The notes beneath the pieces are model-generated. The model ran no database searches. It was not told where the DNA came from and saw only the letters and a list, made by a program, of their open reading frames with translations. Shown one piece after another: positions 12,001-27,000 of a DNA stretch of 64,000 nucleotides. Origin of the DNA: Scyliorhinus canicula (lineage: Eukaryota); contig NC_052156.1 in NCBI RefSeq assembly GCF_902713615.1, positions 127,596,407-127,660,406 on the forward strand, given 5' to 3'. Numbering within the stretch: position 1 is the first letter of the stretch; each line of letters starts with the position of its first letter. Both the position numbers and the translations under genes were made by a program.

Positions 12001-15000
12001 ACTACAAAGAAGAGGAAAGTTTCAAGTCTACAGAAACCGTGAGTTGGAGTCCTCTGAACACAGACCAGTTTGTTGAAGTATCCAGAGAAGCCAACTTACT
12101 GGCACAGCATTTCGGTAGCCAGGTGGAGGGAAAGTCTAAGAAAATGGGAAATAAAATGATCCACAATAAAGTAGTGGAACAATTTATAGAGGAATCAAAA
12201 TTGAAACTGGCCCTTCTGAAGGGTATTAGCAGCCCAAGTTGTCCAAGAAGAGAGACCTTTATAGTTCAAGATAGTCCACTGCGATTCCTTCCACCAGCAA
12301 TCCAGAAAAGTCTGCAGGTTTGTTCTTCCAATACTCATTGCGGCTTTCCATTACAATCACCTAAGAAAGCAGCTGCTGGGATAATCAACTCTTCTGTGCC
12401 ACCCTTGCAAAACTGTAGAAATCCATCATTTGGGAATAATGATGTGGCTTGTACTGAGAACACAACTTTGAGGGAAGTTCCACCAGGCGAACAACTAACA
12501 TGTGCATCAACAAAAGTAACATCAGAAAAGGTAAGCAGTTTTCCTCTGGTAAAGCAATCAATACAGATCTGAATATTCAAGGTTAGTCACATTATTTAAT
12601 GTTACCTGTTGATCTAAGTTGTCTGGTGTTAATTAACAATTTCAGTGAGTGTGATGGGCTGGCTAGATGCAAAGATGTACTAGTCAATTTTTTGTAGTAT
12701 ACTTTATGGCAAGTGAAGGATCTGAGTTTTCCCATTTACTGTGATCCTGCTGCAACATATATATAATATGATAACAGCAAATGTGTTAAACTAATCTGAA
12801 TGCATAAAGATGCAAATTTGTTTTCCCCCAAAAGCTACCAGTTTATTTTGTTTTGCATTTACAGTACAATGTTTTTGTTCAACTCCATAGAATTGGAATT
12901 GTTGCATTTACTTGAGGAACAAATTACTTATATCTTTTCCCCCACTCAAAAAAAAACTTTTGTAGTAATCTATTTGTAGTTCAGTATCAAAAACTAAATT
13001 ATTTTTTCGTATTGAAATTATTTATAAATCTGCCTGGTTTACATGTAAAATTACTTGGCTATTGAAACATTGGACCAGGCTGTTTGGCAGTCTATTTGGA
13101 TTTTTGGCCTCCACATAGCAGTGACTGCCTATTCGCTCTTCCTTTTGGTCAGCCATCTGTGCTGAAATTCAACAGCAATTGGTGACCGACTGAAGAATTA
13201 ACCATTGATCAAAACCAGTTTTTAAAAACTTCTTCCCTCCTCCTGTCCTAATCTTCATTTAATCTCTGGTGTCACCTCATTCTGGATTCTTCAATCACTA
13301 GAAATAGTTCCAATTATCTTTGTAACACTTTGCACTATTGTCATCTCCTTGTAATCTTCAACTCTACTCTAATCTAATAATGCAATTGTTGAAGATTTCT
13401 TTTTGTATTTCCTTGTATCACAGCATCCTAGTGTACCTGTGCAGCACCATCTCTATTGCTACACTCTGCAAATTACCAGAGGAGTGGAGTAAAAATTATT
13501 CCTCTGAATTTTGTGCATGGGAGCTGTATATTATGACTTGAGCACATACTGAAGAACTTGTCATGTGGAAAAACTTTTATCCAGGCATATTTATCAAAAC
13601 ATTTCTAGCACTAAATATTTAGTAAAATATAACTTTAGCTTGTTGCAAATATTAATGGTATTATACACTTGGCTAGAAGTAAAGATTATTAAGTAAAGAA
13701 ATATAATTAATTTTGTGATAGTTGTTTGTTTCAGATTATTGTCTCATCATGTAAATCAATGTTAGTAAATTCAGTGATTTTTGTTCTGGAATGGTTTGAA
13801 TACCTGGAACTTTTTAGTCCAAGTTATCTGTGCGATTGAAGACTTTTATTTACTAGGTTACTTTTAAAATCTGAGCTATTACAGCGTTCTGCAAAGATGG
13901 TCAGTTTGATGATTTTTAAAAAGTATGATGCAAATTTTATATCCCTTTTTTGTAAATGGGTTATTAATTGTACAAACCATTTATTTAAAAAAAACAATCT
14001 GCCTCCTATACTCTGCAGGACGGATTGGAAGCCTGTACAAAATTACTGTTGCAACTTGCTCAATTCCTCAGATTTTTCTTTTGGGGAAAGGATTTGCAGA
14101 TTAGGAATGCCAATGCTGGTTTGCAGTAGTAGAATGAGGGGCTGGCTTGCCTGTTACCAACTCCAAAATGAGTCCCTGATCTAATAACTATCTCCATTCA
14201 TTTATACTTGATGTGACATCTTCAATTTAAGGCGAAGTCCTATCCCAGAAAGATTTTATTGCCTCAAAAAGCAAAAGCATTTGTATTGCAGCTGCTGATG
14301 ATGCTCTTGTTGTTCGAGACAATAATGAATAGATTAGATGATGGTTCTATATGTAAAAATATCTAAAGCTTGAACATTTATTCTATTGTACTATACTTTT
14401 GTTTTCTTGTACTTCCTTGGGGTTTGCCTCCAGATCAATGCATAATTGTGTCTGAGTATTAGAAAAATCCTGTGGTACTGATTTTGTCCAAGCTCCATTT
14501 ATCTTGATCTTTGATCTCTCTACCCATTCAGCCCAAACCAGGAACTGGATTAACTCCCTCCAGAAAGAAACATTTGAATAATACTTCTTCGTCAGATGAT
14601 CAATCAGATGCTGCTGGCATTATTTCCGATGTAAGTGATTCTCTGCCTCCATCCTTGTGCCTCTGGCCGTAAGAATGGATCATTTGCTCCAAACCAGGTA
14701 TGGGATAATAGCTGGAGTCACTTATTCAAGAACAAACTGCAGGGGGAAGTGTGGATTTTACATTTATAATGAATAAAAAAGCCAGCTGTCTTAAAATAAA
14801 TGAGTTTAATCAGCAATTTTATAACTTGTGAGCAAAAGTAGATATTGATGCGAAACAGGCTATGACTTCTGGTTAGCTAATTCCGTGAAATCGTAGATGC
14901 CAGTCTTCTGCTTTTCATTCCAAACTACAAATTCGGTTTGAGATTTTGATCAGAGCAATAATATTTTTTGTCTTGGCTTGGAAAGAGGAGGTATGCGATA

Positions 15001-18000
15001 ATTGTTAATTTTAATTGATTGCTTCCTCTCTGCAGTTGAGGAACCAATGTTTGTTGTGAACATTTGTGCTCACCTTTGTTTGCTAAATATGTCACCTCTT
15101 GGTCAGCATCTTAATTTGTGTTTGCTGCAGTTTTTTTTTAAGGGTTCCTTTTTGAAAGAGTAATCAAAATCCTTCAGTGTCGTATGTTGCTTGGCAGACA
15201 GTGATGCCAGATGAAAGCATGTCTAAGTTTGTAAATGGAGAGTGATCACATGGGGAAGATACCTTGCATGCTATTTGCAAGGATCATTATCTCAATATTG
15301 ATTATGTGCCCTCGAAAGGGGAAAGATTCGAAGGGAATTTCAAAAAATAAATAGAAATTTCCTGTCATAGTGCTTTTCTAATAAGGCGCACCTGTTTTGG
15401 TTTTCTTAATTGTTCAAGTTTGGCACCCTTGCTTCGAGAATGTCAGCACTCACTACTTTTGGGTCCTCAACTCTGGCCCTTTTGCACAAAAGTGTGCTTT
15501 CTGTTTCTGTTAAAATCAGTACCTTACAGTGAACAGAAAGCATGGAAATTTGAGTATTCCACATTAATTCTTATGGTAGATAATGGTTTCTGGGTAATTT
15601 GTTTGGTCATTGCTGTACATTTGTCGAGTGTATTTAGGGATGGAACAATTTGTTATTGTGGTAGTAATTTCCAATATTAAAGGTTCAAAGCCACATCCCT
15701 TGGTCTGCAACCAGCATATGTTCTCCAATTGGACACATGCTACAATAATGCTGACTTTGGCATACATTATTTTAAAAACCTCATGTACTCGCAATGAAAA
15801 TTACTGACATTGCTAGGTTTGACTGATTATTAACTTCTCTGTTCATTGTGTGTAGTGGTTTGATAATAGATTGCATACCTTTCAGGATAGCAATCTTTAA
15901 AGTATGTTCCATGCACCATACTCTTTCTCTTCTCTCTTTCTCCCTCCCCCCCCCCCCCCCCCCCCCCCCCCCTTGTTTTTTGAGGGTTTTTTTCTTCCAC
16001 ACAGCACCCCCTCCCCAATACATGGAGATTTACAGTCTTGGATTGATCCTGATACAGCCTGGTTTAAATGTCCCCGTATGTTAAATTTTGGATTTCCAAG
16101 ATTGAGAATTTTCTGCAAGTTAAAATAAAACTGATGTATTTCTGTTGATTTGATTTTTTAATAAAAATTCATATATCTGTATTACTGGAAAAGATGGGTT
16201 GCCTGCTCCAATTCTCTTTTTAAATGGTTCTCTTTTTTTTCTTTCATATCTATTTCTTGTATAATGCATTCTTTTTGATGAGGGGGAATCTTAATTTTGC
16301 TGAGTTATCCTTTTAGCAAAGGGAAATGGGGCTGTGGTCTGTCACCTTGTGCTCAATGCATCACTTGTTCATCAAGAAGTGATTCCATACAGGGAAAGTC
16401 TTGTAGTTCCGATAAGTCAGACATTTCGTAGCTTCCCATTAAAATAGATGTTTAATTATTTCAACTGTAGGCATTTATTCTTATAATTGTTTTCAATAGC
16501 AACAATATGCCGGCTTAAGTTGCAGATTTGACATTCGTTCTTTTATAAGCTACACCTAGAGGCAAGGGCTTTGCAATATGCTTGATAAGATTTTGAAAGC
16601 ACTGTTACTTAATGTTCCCTCTTGAGAAGCATAAAGTTTACGCCAGACATTGACCTTCTGGACATTCCACGATGGTGTTTATCCTCCTATCTTTCCTCAT
16701 CCAAATCTATCATGATTCCCTCTTTCCTGCTGCCTGATATGCTTGTCTTGGCTTCCCCAATTAAATGCATCTGTACCAGGTGCTTCATTGCGTCCTTGTG
16801 GTAGCTAGTTCCACTTTCTCTCCATTTCCCAGTCTTCTGCATTCCCTATTAGACTTCTTGGTTTGAGTTTGATGTATTTGTGCTCCAAGATCACTTTTTT
16901 ATTCCTTTTATCCCACCTAGATTTCCTCCCTCCAATAATAAGTTGACCTCCCTATTCTTACTACCAAAATGCACGGCATCACTATATTCTACTTCATATT
17001 TATGAATTGAACTTCATTTGCTGGTTATGTCTGGGTTTTGGAAAAGCAAACTGAGCAGGAAAATGCGAAGAGGAACTTTGAACAACCTATGCTTGGGAAG
17101 ACTATTTGTATTGCACTTTTTTACAATCTGAGAAAACGATTTGGGTTTTCTTGCAGGTAATCCAACCAAAGGTTTCTGGGTCTAAGGCTTCAAGTTCTGT
17201 GAAGAAGCACAGTGCTAGTATGGCAGTAAGGACTCTCAACCATACTTCATCTACATCCAGTGTCCATTCTAGTCTTCACAATTCCGCTAGTGGTAGCAGA
17301 GGCAAGTGGATTTTTAATCTACTGTTTGTAACTCGAACAATTGTGGAGTTTTGGTTTTCATATCTGACACTTTGAAAATATAATTGATGGGCCTTGTTTA
17401 CTTTGACTCGTATCACATCCAATGCCTAACTTCTTAAATGTACCTTTACATCCCACTTGCACCTCTTGGCTTTGTTCCAGGCTTGGCTTGAACATATTCA
17501 TACTACCCTGCATTCAAATTAAGCACTTTTGCTGTTCTTGTTTTGTAATGGGGATTAAATACTTTAATCCATACCCCTCCAAAAGTGCTCTGGAGCTAGC
17601 AGGTGCACTCGGTTTTCAAATTCCTTTCTATTTCTCAGTGATGGGTCACTATGAGTTGCAATTTGCTCTAAGCATTGTGATGTTGACTAGGGAGTATAGC
17701 TCCTATTGATAGACCAAGAGCTGGAAAATGGAATTAGGCTAGATGGCTCCTTGTCAAGGACATGGTGAATGGCCTATTTTTTCCTGTAAATTTCTGATTT
17801 TATAGCAATATATGGAAAGCTCGTGTGTAAATGGAAAAACTACTATATTGGATGGGAAAGGTTGAAAGTGCTATTTGTTCAGCAAAGCATATTCTTACAA
17901 TTGAAATCCACTGAAGGCTGTATTTAGTCCCTTGATCCAAACCCTAAATAATCAGTTGTATCGTTTGAAAATTGTTTATTTTGAAATGCCGCATCAACTG

Positions 18001-21000
18001 AGTGTAAAGATAATTTTTTTAATGTACATGGTAAATTCAGCTTCTGGCAGTGTAATATTTATAAAGGGCAATATCATCTTTCAAATTCAAAATAGCCTGT
18101 TTTCTCACATACAAATTGGGAACGGGGTAGGCCATTCTGCTCTTCATGTTTGTTCCACCATTCAATGAGATTATGACTGATCTAATCGTAACCTCCGGTC
18201 CACATTCCTACCTATCCCCGATAACCTTGGGTTTTTTTTTTGGAAATATTTTTATTCTCCTTTTTCACATATTCTCCGAAATTTACACCCACCAACAATA
18301 AACAATAATCCGTAACAAATATGTGAATCCCCATATCAATAACCATGATCCCATCCTCCCACCAAACCCCAAACATTAGCCCACATGTTCACACAAACAA
18401 ATGACAAAAAGAAATATGGGATCACCCACAGTCGCCATTAACACATGCAGCCCCCTCCCACACGCCCCAACTAATGTTTGATGTTATCCAGTTCTTGAAA
18501 GTGCATAATGAATAATGCCCATGAATTGTAGAACCTCTCCATCCTTCCCCTCAGTTCAAACTTTACCTTCTCAAGAGTCATGAATTCTAACAGGACCCCA
18601 GGGCACAGGGTGGAGAGCTCCACCCTATCAGGATCTGCCTTCGGGCGATCAACGTGGCGAAGGCTACAACATCTGCCTCCGCACCCGATTCCAACACCCC
18701 GAATATGGCCTCCCCGGGGGCCCGGGTCCAGTTTCACGTGCACCACTTTAGAAATTACCCTAAAAAACCCCTTCCAGTAATCCTGTAGCTTTGGACAGGA
18801 CCAAAACGTGTGAACGAGTTTAGCCCACCCCCCGGGGAACATTCATACACATCATCTACTCCTTCAAAAAAATTGGCTCCTCCTCGCCCTCGTGAGGTGT
18901 GCTCTGTATACCACCTTCAGCTGCCTTCAGCTGTATCAGCCCCAACCTCGTGCACGAGGTGGAGGCATTCACTCTCCGGTGCACTTCAAACCAGAACCCC
19001 CCCCTCCATACCCTCTCTCAACTCTTCCTCCCACTTTGTTTTGATCCCTTCCAGTGGTGCCTACTCCTCTTCCAAAATAGCTCTGTAAACCGCTGACACT
19101 AACCCCCTTCTTCAGTCCACCTGTTGTCAGTACCTCCTCCAGCAATGTGGAGGCCGGCTCCACCAGGAAGCTCTGTATCTCCTTTCTGGCAAAATCTCGA
19201 ACCTGCATGTATCTAATCATTTCCCCCTGCCCTAGCCATATATATCCCTGATAACCATATCAAGATTATTCCCCTCTGCCTTTAATATTCAAAGAGTCTG
19301 CTTCCATTGCCTCTTTGAAGAATCGAGTTCCAAAGACACTCCACTTGAGGAGACATAATTTCTCCTCATCTCCATTCTAAATGGGCAGCGTCTTGTTTTT
19401 TTAAAAAAATCGTGACCCCAGTTTAGATTCTCCCAAAAGAGGAAACACTGCTCCACATTTGCCCTTTCCAGACTCGGGATCTTGTATGTTTCAAACAAGT
19501 CGCCTCTTACTCCAGCAGATACAAGCCTCGCCTGTCCAACCTTTGCTCATAAAACAGCCTGGCCGCCCAATCCATCTATTAGTTTACTAAACCTTCACTG
19601 AACTGCTTCCAATGTATTTGCATCCTTTCTTCAATAAGGAGACCAAAACTATACCTCGTACTCCAGCTGTGGTCTCGTCAATGCCCTGTACAACTGAAGT
19701 AGAATCTCTACACTCTTATTCAATTCCCATAACAATGCCATTATTTATTACACTAACCTTTTGCAATTCATGCACTAGGATATCTCTGAGCACTGCAATC
19801 TCTCACTGTTTAGATAATATGCTTTGTTTTATTCCTGTCAAAATAGACAATTTCACGCTTTCCACATTACTCCATTTGTCAGGTCTTGCCAACTAAATTA
19901 ACATATAATTTTTGTGTTTTAAAGATTTGCAATTTCTTTTCCAGCGGTGTCTGTGAACATACCCGTAAACTCTTCAAAACTACAAACCTCAAAAAATGGC
20001 AGCAGAGTTTCTGCCCCAAAGAGCAAGTCAAGTTCTACGTGTGCAATTGATGTTCCAAAAACAAAATTAATGAAACCAACAAATACTTGTAAACTAACCA
20101 CCTCTGGAACGGTGAATCAGCAAGGATCTGTGATGCAGACTCTGCCCAGTAAAGGTTTACAAATAATTGGCTCAATTGATATGAAAGTTGATACTAAAAT
20201 AAGACCTAACAAAGTTGCAAATGTATTGGGGAGGGATCAGTGCCCAAAGGCTAAGACATCCATTTTTGCTAGCCAAACTTCAAAAAGGTCCAGTGGTAAG
20301 TATGAACATTTTTTAAGATACAAGTCTTGATCTTGGATTTTGTATTAATAACTTTTAATATCTCATTTTCATGCAATTTGGGATTGCCAGTTGTCAATCT
20401 AGGTTAAATCTAGGTACATGATGATAAAAGCCAATTACTGCGGATGCTGGAATCTGAACAAAAGCAGAAAACACTAGACAATCTCAGCATGTCTGACAGC
20501 ATCTGCGGGAAGAAAAGGGAGCCAACGTTTCGAGCCTAGAGGACTTTTTTTTGTCAAAGCTAAACAGAACTGGAAATGGGGTCAGATTTATACTGTAGAA
20601 TAAATCTACGAGGGGGGGGGTCTGGATACGGGGACCAGCGATAGGTGGAGATAGACAAAGATGTCGAGGACAGAAGATACAAGGAATGTAAATGAGGGCG
20701 AAGGCTAAGAAGTGTGCTGATAATGGTACATAAAAAAAGAGATTTAAAATGTGTGACTGGCAGAACAAAGGAGAGCAGGAGTGGGGTGAGTGGAAAACAG
20801 ATCAATGGAAGAAATTAAAATGAAACTAAATCCATAGAAATTAAAGGAGTAAAGGTGATGGAGAACGTTCAGTCTGAAGATGTTGAACTCCAGTCCGGAA
20901 GGCTGTAACGTGCCTAATTGGAAGATGTGGTGCTGTTCCTCCAGTGTGTGCTGGGCTTCACTGGAATATTGCAGAAGCCTAAGGGTGGACATGTGGCAAT

Positions 21001-24000
21001 GAGAGCAGGATGGTAGGTTGAAATGACAAGCGACAGGGAGGTCAGGGACCTGCTTGTGGATGGACTGGAGGTGTTCTGCAATGCTGTCACCCAGTCTGCA
21101 TTTAGTCTCTCCATTGTAGAGATGATAATACATAGGAGCAGAATTAGGTCACTTGGCCCATCGAGTCTGCTCCGCCATCCAATCATGGCTGATATTTTTC
21201 TCATCACATTCTCCTGTCTTCTCCCCATAACCCCTGATCCTCTTATTAATCAAGAACCTATCTATCTCTGTATAAAGAAACTCCATGATTTGGCCTCCAT
21301 AGCCTTCTGCGGCAAAGAATTCCACAGATTCACCACCCTCTGGCTGAAGAAATTCCTCATCTGTTTTAAAGGATCGTCCCTTTAGTCTGAGATGGTGTCC
21401 TCTGGTTCTAGTTTTCCCTACAAGTGGAAACATCCTCTCCACGGCCACTCTATCCAGGCCTCATAGTATCCTGAAAGTTTCAATAAGATCCCCCCCCCCC
21501 CCCAATATTCTTAACTCCAGTGAATACAGACCCAGAGTCCTCAACTGTTCCTTATACAACAAGCTTTTCATTCCAAGGATCATTCTTGTGAACCTCCTCT
21601 GGCCTCATTCCTTGGATTTGGGTCCCACAACTGCTCACAATACACTAAATGGGGTCTGATCAGAGCCTTGTATAGCCTCCAAAATACATTCCTTGTTTGT
21701 ATTCTAGCCCTCTCGACATGCTAACATTGCATTTGCCTTCCTAACTGCCGACTGAACCTGCACATTAACCTTAAGAGAATCGTGAACAAGGACTCCCAAG
21801 TCTTTGTGCATCTGATTTCCTAACCATTTCCCCATTTAGAAAGTAGTCTGTGTCTCCATTTCTCTTTCCGAAGTGCATAACCTCACAAATATCCACATTG
21901 TATTCCATCTGCCACTTTGCCTGTCCAAGTCCTTCTGCAGCCTACCTGCTTCCTCAATACTACCCGTCCCTTTACAGATATTTGTATCATCTGCAAACTT
22001 AGCAACAGTACCTTCAGTTCCTTCTTCCAGATCGTTAATGTGCATTGTGAAAAGTTATGGCCCCAGCACCGACCCCTGAGGCACACCACTAGCCACAGGC
22101 TGCCATCCTGAAAAAGACCCCTTTATCCCCACTCTCTGCCTTCTGCCAGTCAGCCAATCATGTATCCATGCCTTAACACCATGGGCTCTTAACTTATTTA
22201 ACAGTCTCCTATGCGGCACCTTGTCAAAGGCCTTCTGGATATCTAAATAAATCATGCCCACTGATTCTCTGTCTAACTTCCTTGTTAATTCCTCAAAGAA
22301 CTCTTTTAACAGATTTGTCAGGTATGACCGCCGCTTGACAAAGCCGTGCTGACTCAGTCCTATTTTATCATGCACTTCCAAGTATCCCGCGAATTCATCT
22401 TTAATAATGGACTCTTAACTTCCTACCATTGACTGACTGAAGTCAGGCTAACCGGCCTATAATTTCCCATCTTCTGCCTCCCTCTCTTTTTAAAAATAAA
22501 TTGGAGAACTCAATTCATTTTTTTTTCCAATTAAGGGACAATTTAGCCAATCCACCTACCCTTTGGATTATGGGGGCGAAACTCACACAAACACGGGGAG
22601 AATGTGCAAACCCCACATGGCCAGTGACCCAAAGCCGGGATCGAACCTGGGACCTCGGCGCTGTGAGGCAGCAATGCTAACGACTGCGGCACCATGCTGC
22701 CCTCTCCCTCCCTTCTCAAACAGTGATGTTACATTAGCCACTTTCAGGTCCTCTGGGAGCCTTCCTGAAAGATCACCACCAATGCCTCCTCTATCTCTTT
22801 TAGAACCCTGGGGTGTGGTCCATCCAGTCCACTGGGAACAGCGAATGCAATAGACCAAATTGAAGGAGGTGCACGTGTGTTTAGGGCCTGGGATAGTGAG
22901 CAGGGAGCAGTGTGTTGAAGGAGGTGCAAGAGTGTTTAGGGCCTGGGATAGTGAGCAGGGAGGAGGTAAAAGGGCAGGTGTTACACCATCTGTGATTGCA
23001 AGGAAAGGTGCTGTGGGGTGGGGTGGGGGGGGGGGGGGGGGGAAGGGAGGGAGAAGTGAGGGGAAGATGTTTGGTGGTGGAATGTTTATCACATCAGTCG
23101 AAATGACTTGAGTTTTGTTGATTGCAATGGAAGGTAGATGGTAGCTGAGTATAAAGTTCATAGGATTGAGGATGGGGAAAGATGATGATCCTGCATCTAC
23201 CGGGATTGCATTTTGCCCTGTCCAATTATATTTGAATGCCATAGGAAATGTTTCTTTCTGGGTACACATCTGAGAATTCGTTTGCATTTTTGGATGATCG
23301 TAGGAGTAATTATAGTCAACACCCATACTGTCAAATTCAAGATTTACATTATTATTGCTGGCTAAGATGAGAGGACTTGCTTGCTTTTGAAAACTTATCC
23401 TCTTTAGGGAGGGATTTGGGAAGGGGAGTGATTTTTGTGCACAATTTTTCCTTATTGGACCAATCCAGTTGGATATGATAGCATCATTTTTTTCTTGTAC
23501 AAAAGGAGACTATTCATTATTTTTATTAACTCTCATTTAAGCACCTTCACCTCGAACCACGAGGCCAAAGGTAACCGAACCAAAGAAGCTTTTGTCTTGC
23601 AGTGCGATTGAGAGGTAATGAGAATTTCCTAATTGCAGTAAAATGTCAAAACAGTATATTATTAGACTATAGATTTGTAAATGTTCCTCCTTTTACAGAA
23701 ACATGCTTTTTAATGACAAAAAAGTTAATCCTTTGACCACCAGCACTATCGGGTTATTGACATGGGCAAGCTCTAATATTTTTACTCCAAACATGTTTAT
23801 GCTCTAATAATCCACTGGATAACAATCCAACTTTTCCCAATTTGTTAATTTTTTTAAACTTTCATTCCCCCAAACCCATTGCCTCTACCTCAGCTTGGCA
23901 AACCTTAATAAAGTATTGTTCAATGAACAAAAAGTTGTTACGTGAGCATATTCCTCAATAGTAAATAGTGCTCCTGTCCATTATGCTTAATGGTGCCTCA

Positions 24001-27000
24001 AAAAGAACGGGTGAAAGCACAATAGTTTGAACTCCACAATGGGATCTTCTGTAGCCTTTCTTTCCAACCCACCCCTCTTAGTCTACCCTCCCATATTGCC
24101 TTTGTAGAGACCAAAAAAACTTCCCAGCTCCAACCTGACATACACTTGAACATTCTTGGGTTTTTTTTTCCCAGTGCCCTTACTCAGCTTGTTTTGCCCA
24201 TTTGGCACCGGGAAGAAAAGTTGGGCCTGTGATGGCAAGCACTGCAAATAATCCCCTGCTGTATTAGTGCCTAACTTTTTTTTTAAGCAATCAAAATAAC
24301 TTGATGCCCACCTTCAACCCCTCCGCTTGGAAGCTACCCACCCACCCTCTACCTCATTTCCTCAGTGTTTGTGCTGTTGCCTTTAAAATCTCTGGCCATC
24401 TTTCCCATCACGGTTTTTTTTTTTTCAACCTCTCCAATCTGGTTTCTGCCTCTGTCACAGCAGTGAAATGGGTCTGAAACTAAAATTGCAAATGACATCC
24501 AATTCCCTCTTGAATGCCTCTTTTGATGGTGCATACCAAATCCTAACCACTTGCTGTATGAAAAGCTTTTCCTCTTGTCACGGTTTACTTTGAATCTGTA
24601 CCCTCTGGTTCTTGGTCCTTCCACCAATGAAAATAGCTCCCTATCCACTCTGTCCAAACCCCTCTTGATTTTTGAATACCACTGTCAAATCTCCTCTCAG
24701 CCTTCCCTTCTCCAAGGAAAACTGTTCTAACTTCTCCAATATATCTACATAACTGAGGGTCCTCTTCCCTGTGACCATTCTAATGCCTTCATCATTCCAA
24801 AATGTGCCAAGAGCTGGATGCAGTGCTTCAGTTGAGACTGAAACCCTATTATATACAAGTTTGACATAATGTATTTTCTTTTATTCTCTATTTCTGTGGA
24901 ACTCGTTGCCGCAGAAGGCTGTGGAGGCTAAGTCACGGAGTGTCTTTGACAGATATATAGGTTCTTGATTAATAAAGGGATATGGGGTTATGGGGATGAG
25001 AAACGTATCAGCCATGATTGAATGGCAGAGCATACCCAATGGGCTGAATGGCTTCATTCTTCTATGTCTTTATGGTCTTATTATGTCCCTGTTGATAAAG
25101 CAGAGTGTGCTGTATGCTTTGTTAACCATTTTCTCAAAGTGACCTGCAATTATTTATGCACATATACATCTAGGTTCCTCTGCTCTCTCACCCTTGCGTG
25201 TTATCCTTTAATTTGTATCTTCTGTCTGCATTCTTCTTGCTTCTCTGCTTTAAATATCATCTGGCGCTCCCATTCCACCAACCTGTTTGTCCTCTTTTTT
25301 TTTTTTGTATCTCCTCGTAGTTCTGTACATGTACACTGACAACCTTCAGCTTTATCTCTGCCCAAACTCTCTTGGCATTATCTTGCCTTATCAGAATTCC
25401 TGTCTGACATTCAGTCTTGGTTCAAAACAATTTGCTCCAGATAAACCTTAAACATTGTCCTTCATACCACCACCATACTTTCCATTCTCCCCCTGGGATG
25501 CTGTTTGCACTCCTAACGTCAAATGGGACACCACATTGATCTATACATGTTCCCTATGTCACAAAATCTGCTTAACTCCATCTCCGAAATATTGTGCAGT
25601 TTTGTCTCTGCTTCAGCTCAACTATAACTATTTTCCAACCCTTCCGTTTGTCCTCACCATATTCAATTATTTCAGCATTCTCCCAGTCAGTTTGCCATCC
25701 ATCCCCTTCCATAAACATAAGTGTAAAACGCTGCCATTACAAGTGTTGATCCACCCTTGCTGCCTTAGGGGCTGGTTTAGCTCGGGGCTAAATCGCTGGC
25801 TTTGAAAGCAGACCAAGGCAGGCCAGCAGCACGGTTCAATTCCCATACCAGCCTCTCCGAACAGGCGCTGGAATGTGGCAACTCTGGGCTTTTCACAGAA
25901 ACTTCATTTGAAGATTACTTGTGACGATAAGCGATTTTTCATTTCATTTTCATTTCATTTCCTTGTTTTTAGCATTCCTTTTTTATTCACTTGGTTTTCC
26001 CTTTCTGGTGCTATCATCTGGTCTTTCTCTTCCTCTTATTTCTCTTCCCCTGCCCAACCTGAGTAAACTTGAGTTGATTCTGGCCTCTTCTGTATTCACT
26101 ATTGTTGCCTCCAGTTGTTAGGCCCCCATGCCTAAATCTCTCTGCCTAACTCTATTTTTAAGGCTTTTCTTAAAACCAACCTTTAACACCATCTTTTGAT
26201 ACGCTCTCTCAATGGCCCCCATGCCTAAATCTCTTTGCCTACCCCTCCATTTTAAAGGCTTTTCTTAAAGCCAACCTTTAACACCATCTTTTGATCAGCT
26301 CTCTTAATATTTTCTTTGGAGAAGAAATGTGGTAACCATTGTATGGCTGGTTTCTAGTGGGTTCTGATAGCTTGAGTGAAGTTTTCCTTGTTCCAAACTT
26401 TATTTTCTTCCAGAAATTGGATCTTTTCTGTTTATAAGTTGCTAATATCATGTTAAATCTTTTCATCAGTGGTATAGAGACTTGTGCTCCAAACAAACCG
26501 CCTACTCGAGGAATGCTGCAAACACCTAATGCTCAGAACAGACCAGCTTCCGTAACACCTGGTACAAGGCGTTTATCTGCTTTACCCACACCATTAAGTC
26601 GCCGCAGGTCGGGCATTCCAACATTCACTCCCCGAACACAACCAAGACCTGGGTTGTCATCTCACCAAGCTACAGCTAATCAAAACCATAGTATGTCAGC
26701 CAGTGGAACTATTCGAGCAAGGTGAGGGGGGAAAGATCTTGTTGAATCTAAATTTTAAAAAAACTATTAGAATATTTTAGCCATTTTTTTTTTTTTGCTA
26801 GTCAGAAGATAGTTGTCCTTTTTTTTTATAGAAAGATGTTTGGGTATCTTGGTAATTCAAGAACATCTTACTCAATAGGGAGTGCACCAGATTTGGGAAC
26901 CTCCGATTTAAAAGAACAATGGATATTGATGATAAGACTATATTCCAATTTTTTTACTAACTCCTTTCCCAATGCCAGACTAATCATGCAATTATACCAA

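Noticed and set aside
15781-16128. Poly-Pro and poly-Gly ORFs
   Set aside because: They are produced by a C homopolymer in an intron.
26120-26300. About 92-bp tandem duplication (also 25-bp x2 at 27621-27670)
   Set aside because: These are local intronic duplications with no sign of function.
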